The notes below the pieces were generated by a model. The model was given only the letters and a program-made list of their open reading frames with translations. It was not told where the DNA came from and ran no database searches. Shown here one piece after another: positions 25,660 through 37,691 of a stretch of DNA of 64,000 bases (position 1 is the first letter of the stretch; each line of letters starts with the position of its first letter). The stretch comes from Carcharhinus amblyrhynchos (Eukaryota). The DNA lies in assembly GCA_965287045.1 (NCBI GenBank), contig OZ336873.1, positions 106,392,001 to 106,456,000 on the forward strand, read 5' to 3'. The translations under genes and the position numbers were made by a program.

Positions 25660-25813
25660 CCTCTGAGTTAGAAATCAGAAGTCCCAGTCTAATCTAGGCT
25701 GACACAACAGAACAGTATTCAGGGAATGTTGCACTCTGTCACTGGGTGAGATATTAAAATGAGGCCCAGTCTGTCCTCTCAGTTGGATGTAAAATATCCT
25801 GTGGCACTATTTT
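25660..25813 (+). mobile_element. DeuSINE (SacSINE1/AmnSINE-like) Deu-domain fragment
   Basis: aggctgacac...gatgagatattaaa-like segment, then gaggcccagtctgtcctctcagttggatgtaaaatatcctgtggcactatttt, resembling the Deu domain as I recall it. Confidence 0.6.
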
Positions 25814-25814
25814 G

Positions 25815-25997
25815 GATAATGGCCAATCAACATAAGCCACACATCTTTGGACTGCAGGAGGAAACCAGAGCACCCAGAGGAAACCTATGCAGACATGGGG
25901 AAAATGTGCAAACTCCATACAAACAGTCACCCAAGGCTGGAATTGAACCCAGATCCTTGGCACTGTGAAGCAGCAGTGCTAACCACTGTGCCACCCT
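25815..25997 (-). mobile_element. V-type SINE head and core (no tail)
   Basis: ggaggaaaccagagcacccagaggaaacc core and tRNA head cagcagtgctaaccactgtgccacc. Confidence 0.85.
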
Positions 25998-26490
25998 TCA
26001 TTGGCTATGAAGTGCATTGTCTGATTTAGTAGTCATGCACCATATAAATGCAAGATTTGTTTTTCTAAATGTCAGCACATTATCAGATGTTTGTGTTTTC
26101 CCCATGCAGGGTTAATGGTCTCCAGTGGCACATTTTGCTTTAGACCCATTAATCATTCAGCTCTATACCAAATGCACTTGAATGATGATTGATGGACTAC
26201 AACCTTCATTAATGCCCATTGTGAATACAATAGTAAAATATGCCCGATTTCAAAATCTATACAAGGGTGCAGTTTTAGTTTCAATTTGTAGTTGAAGTGT
26301 ATTGTGAACAATAAAACCCAGACTGTTGCTGGTGATCAAAGTCTAAGCTAGCACTTTGTTTTTTTCTCCTTGGTGACAAACTGCGTTGTGAATCAATTCC
26401 AAGCTCCTAACACCATTTCGCAAACTGGTGACTGGAAGATGTCACAAAGCAGGGCAGATAGATTTGCCTTACAATCATCTGAAGAAATAT

Positions 26491-26688
26491 GGGGAGGATT
26501 TTCCTGCCAGCGGGATCTTCTGGTCCTGCCAAAGATGCTCTCCTAGGGTGGGTTCCCCAGTAGCGGGCCCAACGAGCAAGGCAAATGGTCACTGACTTCA
26601 GCAGGACTGAAAGATCCTGCCAGCGGCCAATGGAAAGCCGCCTCTGCCACTGGAAAACTCACTACGTGGGGCCCAAATAATCCTAGCC
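26491..26688. mobile_element. Harbinger-type MITE
   Basis: GGGGAGGATTTTCC ... AATAATCCTAGCC with internal inverted repeats; same family as 47897. Confidence 0.7.
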
Positions 26689-26691
26689 AAT

Positions 26692-27415
26692 GGCTGGCAT
26701 TTCCTTCTCCCAATTGTTTCGGGTGAGTTTGGTGGTGAGAGCGTTAAATATTGCGAGAAGGCGAATTTTGCATCATTATGATTGTCCCCTCACCCTGTTA
26801 GAGGTGAGCTGTGTTTTCTGCCATTCAACATCAGGAATCAGGAATGGATTTGCATATCATTATCAGGTCCAAATGCTGGTATCATACCTTTGTGTCAAAA
26901 AATACACGATTTTCTGACTTGATGTCAAAAAAGCGCAATGAGCAACTGGTCTCAGAAGGCATGCACCAGCCAAGCTGTACTCTCACAAGAAGTGAGGGGG
27001 GAGATGGTCTTGTCAAGATGACACTAGTTTGATGTCGGGGTGATACCCATTTTGTGTCGGGGGTGCCAAGGAATTGGGGAGTGCACCTGGGTGAAAAATG
27101 TTTCCTGGAGTACTCATTGTACAGTCGGGCAGCCTTTAAATATTGTGTCCAGATCATCAAAGTGCTGAGTTGATGGCCGGGTGGCAAATCAGCAGGCACC
27201 CACTCGCAATACCTCATGGAACATCTGCCTGCTTTCATTTTGCACTAGGTGCTGCACTATAGGTATAAAAATCCACCGCTGCCCTCAGCAGATCAATGCC
27301 ACTTTTCCCACCCAATGTCAGACTTCACCACCATCAGAGAAAATACCATTCTTTAAATGTGAACCGATGGCTTGTTACTCAGGAGCCTTGCAGCAGTGTG
27401 CCCCTTTCCCATGAA
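26692..27415 (+). mobile_element. Deleted Harbinger transposon with a transposase relic
   Basis: TIR-like start GGCTGGCATTTCC; peptide RKYHSLNV near 27340 resembles the HARBI1 RKGFHSLNVQ motif. Confidence 0.55.
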
Positions 27416-28954
27416 AACCTAAAATCTATTCACCTTCACATTTTTTGTGTTGTATTATACTTACTACCACACTTCTGAGGACTAAATTATCAAACAAACC
27501 AATATAATTCATACAGGAACATATGAATATGTTCAGAAATATTCCAAAAGATGATTAGACCCTGACCGTATGTTTCTTGTGCACATTACACACACACAAC
27601 TACATAATCACATCTTCAGTCCACAGGAAGAAAATCTAAAAAGCCAGAAACTTTCTCTATTATTATCCTTGTACACTAAAATTACACAATTGAGAGATTT
27701 TTCTGTCAACCTACTGATGAGTCTTTGTTTAAGATGTTTTCATGTAGATTTTGGTTCCATATTTTTTCTCTTAACCTTCTCCTAATCCCTCATCACAGAT
27801 GCAGTATTGATTTTCTCAGCATTGTCTTAAGCTGAGGTTTAATTGAAGGTCAGTATTTGCATCCCTTTCAGATACACTACCTGCAATATATTATCTTTGC
27901 TTAACAGACATCACCCCAGTAAGCTCATTATCTCATGCTTTGAACCCCACCACAGGGGATTACAGATATATACTTTAGTAAGCAAAACCTGAGACGCTTG
28001 ACCTATAGATATAAAGTCACAAAGATCATACAGGTTGTACAGAGAATGATCTGGCTGTAAGGAAAAGTTATAATATTGGTGCTTATTATAATGGTTGGCT
28101 TGAAACCAATTTCATTTTCTCTAATGAGACTTATAATCCTTTTATTAATATTTAATGCTTTCTACATAAACCCATTTTATTTTTCTTTACTGTGTACTTA
28201 ATGTCAGCTGTTGCCAAGTGCTTTGGTAATGGAAAGCTGCTATTTTGATGGATGTTCTGCTTACAGTATATAAAAGAAGAACCATTTTATTGTTTCCTGA
28301 AATTGAAAAAAAAACTTCAAGGGAGAGATGTGGCTCCAGACAAGCTCAAAAACTTGAAGTGTATATTTTGAAGATTTAGCTGGTAACCATCCATAGTCAA
28401 CTTTGTTTTATTGGACACATCTGCAATTTCTCTTGTACTTCAGTTTCTTTTCCTCTTTCTTTCTGGAACTTAGTATTCATCCCAGAGTTCTTTACCATTG
28501 TCTTGCCTTGAATCCATAACAAATCGTTTCTCTTTTGTGGCATTGCCATCCACACATGTGCAAGTCTTTGAACTCATTCAATGCAGGTACTGTTCCATCA
28601 CAATGGGCACAGCTCTCAGTGTCTTTTGCAGAGGCAAATACAATAGAGGTCACCAAAAAATGTGAACCATATTTTGCACTATAGTTGAGATAAATGTTTA
28701 AACATTTAAAATGAATTGAGTTTTTGTTCTGCAATGTTAAATAACATTTTAATTTCCTCTTGAGTTGAATTATTACACAATAGTGTAATAAATTTTATAT
28801 GATCTAATACCTAATTCACTGATGGTGGTTTTAATTTCATATAATAAATAAAGTGGTTTGGAAGTATATAAGAGTTACATGATATTATTTTTGGATGGGA
28901 TATTTTGCAGCAAGATTCTTTCAAGTTCTCTTCAAATCTCTTGAATGATTAGAG

Positions 28955-29300
28955 AAATCATAGAAACCCTAAAGTGCAAAAGGAGGCCATTCAGCCCATC
29001 AAGTCTCCACTGATAACAGTTCCACCCAGGCCCTATTCCCATAACTCCATATATTTACCCCATTAACCCCTTCAACCTATGCATCCCAGGACACCAAGGA
29101 GCAATTTAGCATGTCCAATCAACCTAACTCGCACATCTTTTGACTGTAGGAGAAAACTGGAGCACCTGGAGGAAACCCACGCAGACATGGGGACAATGCA
29201 CAAACTCCACATAGGCGGTGACCCAAGCCAGGAATCGACAGTGGCCCAAGCCTGGAGCTGTGAGGCAGCAGTGCTAATCACTGTGCCACTGTGCTGCCCA
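28955..29300 (-). mobile_element. HE1 SINE, full length
   Basis: Head, V-core and CR1-derived tail all present. Confidence 0.88.
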
Positions 29301-29684
29301 TGTTAGTTGGCACTAAAGGTTAAATTCACATGATTCTGCTTTTGGAGTGCAACCATGCAAAAATCGATTTGTTAATTTGAGTATTTATTTCATTGAAAGT
29401 ATGTTGAAGTTCAACTGCTGATTGGTTCAGGGAAATTATATTGTCTCACTGCGCAATGTTAGCACATTTTCACTCATCATGCTGCGGTGCTGGGAGAATT
29501 ACGGATGTTACAACAAAAGAACTGCTTTAGTGACAGGTATAATTTTATGCATGAAATATTCAGCCTGCACTCTTGAAATCGTTTTCATTGAAAATCGTAC
29601 AAGTATCTCATTAATTATGCTTACTTACCTTTTCTTTTTCTCACCATTCGATTTTATTTTACAATTTTTCTCTGACTTTACATT

Positions 29685-30375
29685 GGGCAGAGTCTCCCCA
29701 TAATTTGTCAGAGTGCCAGTTTCAGTGAGGAAACTGACGTAGACAACCGACAGTTCTCCAGATGCACAGTTGAGTTTTCTCTCCAAATCCTTTGACACTC
29801 AGTGCCCATTCTCACCTCGACTCTGCCCCCGGCCCTCTGGGGAGCCCCTTTGGGGCACACTACTTATGTGTGCAGGGGCATGCCCCCATTCTTGTTGTTG
29901 GGGGTAGGGGGGAGGTGGAATGCCCTGATGCTTGCTGGTGAGTTGTCCCGATGCCTGTAAGATGAGGGAGGGGTTGGCCTGATGCTTGTTGGGGATCCTT
30001 TGTGTACATATGTGGTCGGAGCTTATTTTTATTGCAGATTGAGGGACCATCTTTAAACGGTGGACGGATTCTTGTGGTGGGAGGGTCCTTCGTGTCTGTT
30101 TGGGGTTGGGGAGGAGTTATTTTTTAACACAGATCTAAAGATGGCTCCCTGATCCCTGTGTAATCGGGTTAGCTGGCTCTATCAGACTCCACCTTGCCAG
30201 AATGAAGCCACAAACCATCCCCCCGCCACCCACAGCTGCCAGAGCACTAACTGGACATGTCCCTGTATCCACATGGGCTATATCTACCATTGCATCCTGG
30301 AGTGGAAAATCTGTTGTTGGCGATTGGCTTGCCCAGAGTCTCTCCCTCCCTCTATTCCGAAAACTGTTCAGACTT
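29685..30375. mobile_element. Non-autonomous Harbinger-type element
   Basis: Starts GGGCAGAGTCTCCC; G-rich degenerate internal repeats; resembles 33600-34310. Confidence 0.5.
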
Positions 30376-30379
30376 CAAA

Positions 30380-30820
30380 CTGTTCTGGGTGTATGAAGAG
30401 GACTGCTAAAAGTTACAATGCTGAGAAGTCAGGGCTTCAATTCTCCAACCAAAGGACTCAGTTCCAGTATTATTGGTCTTTGCTATGTTAAATCTGTGGA
30501 AAGGGTCTTGTCGATAGGAAGTATTGTTTGATTAGAACATTTTAGATATATTTGTTAAAGGTTACAAATTATCATGGTTGTTTTGCTTGTGTTTGTGATT
30601 GATAAATGTTATTACAGATTTTCTTTTCATATGGTAAAATTAAAATATGTTACCATCTTCTTAAATACATTTCATTTGATAAAAAGCTCCCTGGTGGGTC
30701 ATTTGGATCATACCTGAAGTAAAACACACCATGCTCACCCTAACCAATTCAAATTGCAAAACTTATGATCCAGACAGAAGTCATAAAACACTTTGGATTT
30801 TCTGATCTGAATTACAAAAC
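30380..30820 (+). repeat. Possible solo LTR fragment
   Basis: AT-rich body ending ...ctttggattttctgatctgaattacaaaaCA, like elasmobranch LTR 3' ends; no partner LTR seen. Confidence 0.35.
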
Positions 30821-32499
30821 ACTAACTCTATATCCATTTCATAAACCCACAGAACTGTTCACAGTTTTCCAATTATAATCTGATGTTCTATGTAAGTTTT
30901 AATGTAACTTCTCTGCTTTTCAATTCTATCTCTTTAGAAATACCCCCCGAGATTTTGTTTTTTCATGATATTATTAATATTGCAAGTAGCCATCTCTATT
31001 TTTAGTAATTTATGTGTTGATATTCCCAGATCCCTTTGTTCCTCTAACCCATTCAGAAAAGGAATTGGGGGCCTCCTTACTTAGCCTGCTAGAAATGCAT
31101 TTATGTCACACTTGTTTTCCAACTTTGGAACATTCCACAGCAATTAGATCACAGTTGGAACATTCCACAGCAATTTTCAGAGAATGAAGTACTTTTAAAG
31201 TGTTGTCACTGCTGTCATTTAGGAAACGTGGCAACCACTAAAAGCAATTGATGGAAATCATTCCACTAAGTAGCTTGGAAATTCCTGCATTTGCGTATTT
31301 CTGATAAATAAGCATACCCATGGTGACATTTGGAAAATTGGCTACAACCATATGGTTTAGAATAATTTGCACTGTACTGAAATTATCAGAATGAGTGAGG
31401 AACAGTTTGGAGAGCAACTGAAAACAATTTCCAGCCTTCAGATCCTGATCTCATTGTCATTGCTACTGCTACTCAGAATGAAAATGCCAAAGATAACTTT
31501 GGACAATCAGTAATGAATCAAACAAGATTGTTGAAGGAAGGACAGCTCCACTCAGCAATTTAAAAGGAAGTAAAGTGTGCTTACTATATCTTGCTGAGAG
31601 TTGAAATCCAGTTGAATTTGAGTCAATGAATTTGAATTTTTTTTTAACAATAAAACCACATTTTTTCTGGAAGTATTTGTGATCATTAAAATGCCCATAG
31701 AATATTTCTTGAACTGTAAATTTCCTTATCTCAGATGACTATTATGTCTAATATCCTGAGCAAAAGTGTTTTGGATCTATAATTAGGAAGGGATTAAAAA
31801 GTAGGTGACAGGCTTCAGAGTGACAGAAGCTGGAAGTTCTCTGTTTGAGTTTTATAATTGTACAACAAACATTTTAAAGCCCTTTTAAATAATGCATCTT
31901 CAATTTAGTTTATGTGCAAATCATTTATTGAATGTGAAGTTTGTTAAAAAAATAAATAACACAAACAGAAAATGTTGTTATAATGGAGATCTGATATGTG
32001 ACCTTAAACATTCATTACTTATGCAATGTTAATTTTTGAATCATAACTTTGCTGCTGGCACAATACCAAAAAGGGTAACGTAATGTCACTTAAATTACTT
32101 GAGAAATTCAATTTATGAAAATAAATACAGCTGCATTCTCAACAGATTTTCGTTTGCTTTTAAATAGAAATCTAATTCGCAAAATTGATGTGCAAAAATA
32201 GGACACTAAAATTGATCTAGGTTAGTAGCAGTTCATAGTTCTGCATTTTTTATTTCCTTGTGGATTTGTTCATTTTCCTTCTAACTCTCTCAGTCATATG
32301 TTCCCTCATCATTTCTCTCCTGTTTCACCTGTAATGTCAAATAATTGCAGCCCTTAAGTCAGTAACAGTATGTCTCAGGAAGGTGGGATAAGGCTATTCA
32401 TTTGGATCGTTAGCTGTGATCCTAATGACAGGCAGAGAAGGCTCAAATGGCCTACTCCTGCTCCTATTTTCCATGTTTCTGTGCCACATTCAGTTGTGA

Positions 32500-33205
32500 A
32501 TGGTGGTGGAATATTAAGCAACCAACTGGAGGAAGAAATACTTCAAATATCTCCATCCTTAATGATGGAGGATGGAGATATCCTCCATCATTGCACATCA
32601 GCGCAAAAAATAATGCTGAAGCATTTGCAGCCATCTTCAACTAGAAGTGCTAGGTAAATGATCCATCTTGGCATCTTGAGGTCATTAGCTGCACACCCAG
32701 CCAAGCTGTTTTAATACAGCTACAACACAATCATCTACCTGCGTAAAGCTGCCCAGCAATGTCCTGTCCACGAAAACAGGACAAATCCAATCTGGCCAAG
32801 TTGCACTACTTCAAGTGATCAGCAAAGTGATGGAAAGTGTAGTCAACAGTGCTATCAAGTGGCACTTATTCAGCAATAACCTGCTCACTGATACTCAGTT
32901 TGGGTTCTGCCACTTGGCTTCTGGGCTTATTACAACTGTGTCTAAGCCATCACCTGCAAGTGATGGGAATGCCATCAACTGAAGGTTCCTGCCAAGCCAC
33001 ACAACACTGTCTTGGAACCGTATCACCTTTCCTTCACTGTCACAGGGTCAAAATGCTAGAACTCCCTCTCTAACAATGCTGAGGGTGCACATACACTACA
33101 TGGACTACAGTAGTTCAAGAAGGCAGCTCATCACCATCTTTTAAAGGGTAATTACGGATAAACAATAAATGCTAGCCCAGTTCACATCCCATGAAATAAT
33201 TAAGC
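32500..33205 (+). mobile_element. Deleted CR1/L2-clade LINE fragment
   Basis: ISKVMESVVNSAIKWHLFSNNLLTDTQFGF joined to the 3' end seen at 14690 and 24780. Confidence 0.78.
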
Positions 33206-33599
33206 AAAAATACTAGCCTGTAATAAAACAAAAGTCTAAGAAAAGGAATCTAAAATAATGATATACAATATTGGTGGTGTATGTGCAACAGATGTGCCAA
33301 GGTCATATCTCTATTTAAAAAATTGCAATTTTGCTTTAATAATGCAACATTCTGATGTATTTTACACATTGTCATATTTTCAATTTAGCTGATTTTATGT
33401 AGAAAATCTCATAACACTCTCCTGGCCTTGATTTTGAGAACTGAATGCCACTTTTGTCAATATAACAAAAGTCACAATAGTTCAAATATAATGAATTGAC
33501 TGTGAAGGATCAAGAGGATACAAAAGGTACACTATCGACGCTGGTTGTTCTCTTCATCTCATTTTTCATAATTGATAGATTCTTCCTAAAAAATAGTTC

Positions 33600-34310
33600 A
33601 CAGGCAGAATTTTACCAAACTTTACCAGAATATCAGATTCTAACTGAAAACCGACATGTGTCTCTCCAGACACACAGCTGAGTTTTGTGACCTGATTTTC
33701 TGGCACTCAGTGAATAGAACATTTGGGGGTGCAGTTTACACCATCAGTCTGGTGGGGAGGAACAAGACAGGGCCTGATCGAGCTGGCAAGGATGACTCCA
33801 AAGTGAGCCACAGGGTTGGAGAACGCCACTCTCCCCACCCCACAAATATTGGAGCAAATGCCTCCAATCACGGCTGTATCCGGAGTAGTCTACTCCTCTC
33901 ACACCTCCTCACAATGACAGAGATATCAGAGGATATCTCGCTGCTCCCCCACAACAAAAATGGATGTATCAGGGAATCTCTCCTCACAATCATTACCATG
34001 GAAATATCAGAGCATTCTCTTCTCCTTCACAGGTCTCAGCACCCTCCCAGCACACATAAGGTCTCTCCCCCTCTCCATAGGCCTCCTCAGAGGTCTCACT
34101 TTTGGCCTTGCCAGCCTGGGCCATGCTCTGACTCAGGTTGACACTGCCAGGTTGGTACTATCAGATCAGTGCCAATCAGTACCAGGGAGAAGTGTCAAGG
34201 TAGTACACAGGCATGTCCCCCTTGCCCCAGGGGCTATATTTACCTTGGCAAATTTAAAACTCCATTTTGTGCATGGTTACATGTGACAACGCTTCACACA
34301 AACATGCTTC
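33600..34310. mobile_element. Non-autonomous Harbinger-type element
   Basis: Starts ACAGGCAGAATTTTACC; degenerate internal repeats of about 40-45 bp (atatcagag...ctcc..cac) at 33850-34050. Confidence 0.5.
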
Positions 34311-35099
34311 AAAAGTAGGAACTTAATTACGTTGTTGTTTCAGTGCTATCGTGTGCAACTTATCACCTAGATAATCCTGCAGACATGTTTTGTGCACAGC
34401 TTCTAGGGGAGTGATCCATGTTTTCTGCAATGCCATCATAGATCATTTGCTTTTCCCCTATAGGTGTGTTTGGGAAGACTTCCTATTTGGTCTATAATCA
34501 TACTCCAATATGATACTCTAATATGATGTTATAGCAGTTTGTAAAAATCCTTTAGTCCAGCATCAGAATATACTGCCACCCATTAGCCAACGCCATGACT
34601 GAAACCTGCTAAAAATCTCATTAATAAGGAACACTATGTTTTTAACATCCTGATTGCTCCTCCTGCATTTTGAGCCATGTGTCAGATTGATTTAAAAGAT
34701 GCATTGCAGCACCGTTCTTATCTAGATGCTAGGGGATATGATAACAGAAAGTCTGTGTCCTGGGTTTGCCATATAAAATGCCTAGGTAGTGAGTTCCAGC
34801 TCGGCAGGCCACTGCCTGCTACCAGGGGAACTCATACTCAATGAGCCCCACACGGAGAGCAATCAATGATTCACCACGGACCTAATGGGGGATATTACAA
34901 TGAGTTAAGTTGTGAACATTATTTTCTTGAAAAATTCACAGCACTCCCTCAAGGACCCCTAATTGGAGCTTGATGTGATCACCATCCTCCTCTTCCCCCA
35001 CCCCCCTCATACTGTACTATTTCCTCAACTTTGTGCAGGCATACATTTGCTGTCACAAGTTGTCTTCCTCCTGTCTTTTTCCGTCTGAATTCAAGAATA

Positions 35100-35720
35100 C
35101 AACTCATTTCTCAAAATGCCAGTAATAACTAGTTTGGACAAAACTAAGAAAAATCTAATATGAGTTATTCAATGCCTTCGATCCAAGTGACTTGTCATTC
35201 AGCGACTGTTTGCTTTTCATGTCAACACTGTGGCATTTTTCATTGTTTCCATTTCATTCTTGAAGAATAATTTGACATAACGACGGTGAATGAAATGCAG
35301 CCACCGGTCACTGAGCTTAACATTTTACAAGGGCATTCTTTTGTTGTCAGGAATCATCAACTGAAACGAACAGGGAGGTGGTGGTGAGAGGACTCCAATT
35401 AAAATGCCAGGGATAGACAGGGGAGGACGAGACAGCCTGAAAAATTAGGTGACCAGCTTAAATCATTGCATCTGACTGTTGACTAATATTTCATATGAAC
35501 TGTGGTAATTATTTATTGAACCTAATTAACTTATATCAATAGACTGCAGCAATTACAATATTAAGACTTAGCTAATGGAAAGCTGCAGCTATCCTGCAGC
35601 TATGAATGTATGAGTTGCAAGGCACATTTGACAGGCTCATATTGCAGGCTCACCTCAGTCTATTGACATCAAGTTAGAATGAAAAGAGTGCTGTCCAGAT
35701 GTGTTCACATTTGTTTTGCA
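35100..35720. promoter_or_regulatory. Candidate conserved non-coding element / enhancer
   Basis: No recognisable repeat; seven CpGs in 35170-35430 against a depleted background; several TAAT/TAATTA, TGACA/TGTCA and CATTGT motifs. Confidence 0.4.
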
Positions 35721-36670
35721 TTGATTTATACTTGGAAACATTCCACTTGGTAAAAAAGTGGTACTATGACTATACTGTGATTCACTCAAATTGCCATGAA
35801 CTTACATAATTTCTAATCTGTTTATCTATCTATCTATCTCACATAGTTACAACCGCCTGAGGGTGGGTGAAAGAACTCCCAATTTTTTCCCACTCCTCAT
35901 TTGAACAGTTTTTTAAAAAATTTTTAGAGGCTGTATGCAACAATTCAATGTAAGTATTTATCTGGGTGCATTTTGTTGGAAACAAACCAGATAGGTTTTC
36001 TTGGCGAAGACATTTGGATTTGTTTTATTGCTAAAATTCACCCAGCTAAAATATATTAAAACAGTATGCACAGATTCTGACTACTGCAACACATACGCAC
36101 ATACAAGCAAGCAGAAATGCAAGTTACGATGTAGACAAGATTAACTTTTGGCCAGATTGCTATTCAATAAGAAAGGGCAAGGAACCTAAAGTTTACTGAC
36201 TGTTGGTCCTTTATGCTGTTGCTTATGACTGATGCAGTTCTTAAAGCTGCCGTCCTAGTTCTTTTCTCTCACTCCAGGGAACGATGCTTTGGAATCTGAA
36301 GTCTTCTTTAGAATTTCTGTCTGCATTCCATGGGCTGATGTGGTTCAAGTTAGTTGAGAGAGAGAGAAAGGAGAGCCAGACAGCCCACAGCCATTGGTGT
36401 TATCATCTTTTAGATGTTACTTTCCCAGACTTCTCCAAAGCAAGCAGGATTTCAAAAAACAAACACTTCAAAGGTTATAGCATTTCAGTCGTAGGATGAC
36501 AGATACACAAAGGAAAATAATTGATAGTCTATTTATGCTAATGAATGAGCTTCATCCCCCTTGGTCAAAACCATTGATATACAAAGAGGTAGATAAACTC
36601 CTTAGGAGTTCCCTTGTGCATAACCAGTTTCATTTGTTCTCCTTTGGTACCTGGTAGTCTTGGAGACAGA

Positions 36671-36797
36671 GGGTGGTATTTTCCCATTCTGGCTGCCATG
36701 GGAATCGGGACAGGTGGGACATGGGCCACGTAAAGGCACCTTGACCTCTCGAGGCATTTTCTGGTCTTGGTGCGAGTGTGGCCAGAAAATCCCAGAT
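36671..36797. mobile_element. Harbinger-type MITE
   Basis: GGGTGGTATTTTCCC ... GAAAATCCCAG; reverse orientation of the 8360 family. Confidence 0.7.
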
Positions 36798-36807
36798 AGT
36801 CTGAGGA

Positions 36808-37125
36808 TCATAGAATCCTACAGTGCAGAAGGAGGCCATTCAGCCTATCAAGTCTGCACGAACCACAATCCCACTCAGGCACTACCCACATAACCCCTTG
36901 CACTTACCCTGGCTAGTCCCCTGACACTGAAGGGCAAATTACCATGGCCACTCTACCTAACCTGCACATGTTTGGATTGTGGGAGGAAACTGGAGCACTT
37001 GGAGGAAATCCACGCAGACATGGAGAGAATGTGCAAACTCCACACAATGACCCAAGCCGGGAATCGAACCTGTGTCCCAAGCATTGTGAGGCAGCATAGC
37101 TAACCACTGTGCCACTGTGCCACCC
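36808..37125 (-). mobile_element. HE1 SINE, full length
   Basis: Head with aggttcgattccc on the minus strand, V-core, and tail atcatagaatcctacagtgcagaaggagg. Confidence 0.9.
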
Positions 37126-37691
37126 AAATTGTCCTTGCTGTTTTGGTGCAGTATTCCACGATGATGTGCTCTGGACAGATTTATTGTAATCCACCTGCTA
37201 GAAGTTTCCAGAAGCATCACCAGTTTGTGGTTCCAATCATTAGGTGATCTGTAGTAGCAATCTTAAGCCAACATCTTTATTTTACCAGTAAAAATTGCCT
37301 TATTGTAAAAAGCAAAATGGTATAATATAAGAAAACCAGCTGATGAGAAATCAAATTAACATTCCATATTGAAAATGTTTCTGACAGCATATATGGAATG
37401 GCATAAAATCTACATTGATTACCATAGTTTTTTGGCAACTGCACAAGGCTAGCACATTAGTCAAATGTTAGTAATGTAGATAATGTAATAATTGTATTAT
37501 AATTTCAAAGTCCTAATATTTATGCTCTGTACTTGGACAATCCCATTATTTGTAGGCCTGCAACAATTAGAGACATGGTCAAGGTGTAGTAATTGTGAAC
37601 ATGAGTAGTAGTTCATCCAAAATAGCCTTTGAAGCCTTTCTTCATCTTGTCTTCTTTGACAATTTGCCCAGCTCAAAGCGATAATATTCTT

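Noticed and set aside
33850-34050. CRISPR-like or satellite array
   Set aside because: Degenerate internal repeats of a DNA transposon in eukaryotic DNA, with no constant repeat-spacer structure.
36020-36620. Possible solo LTR (also 11400-12290)
   Set aside because: Composition is suggestive, but I could not define termini, a TSD or a partner, so it is not listed as a feature.
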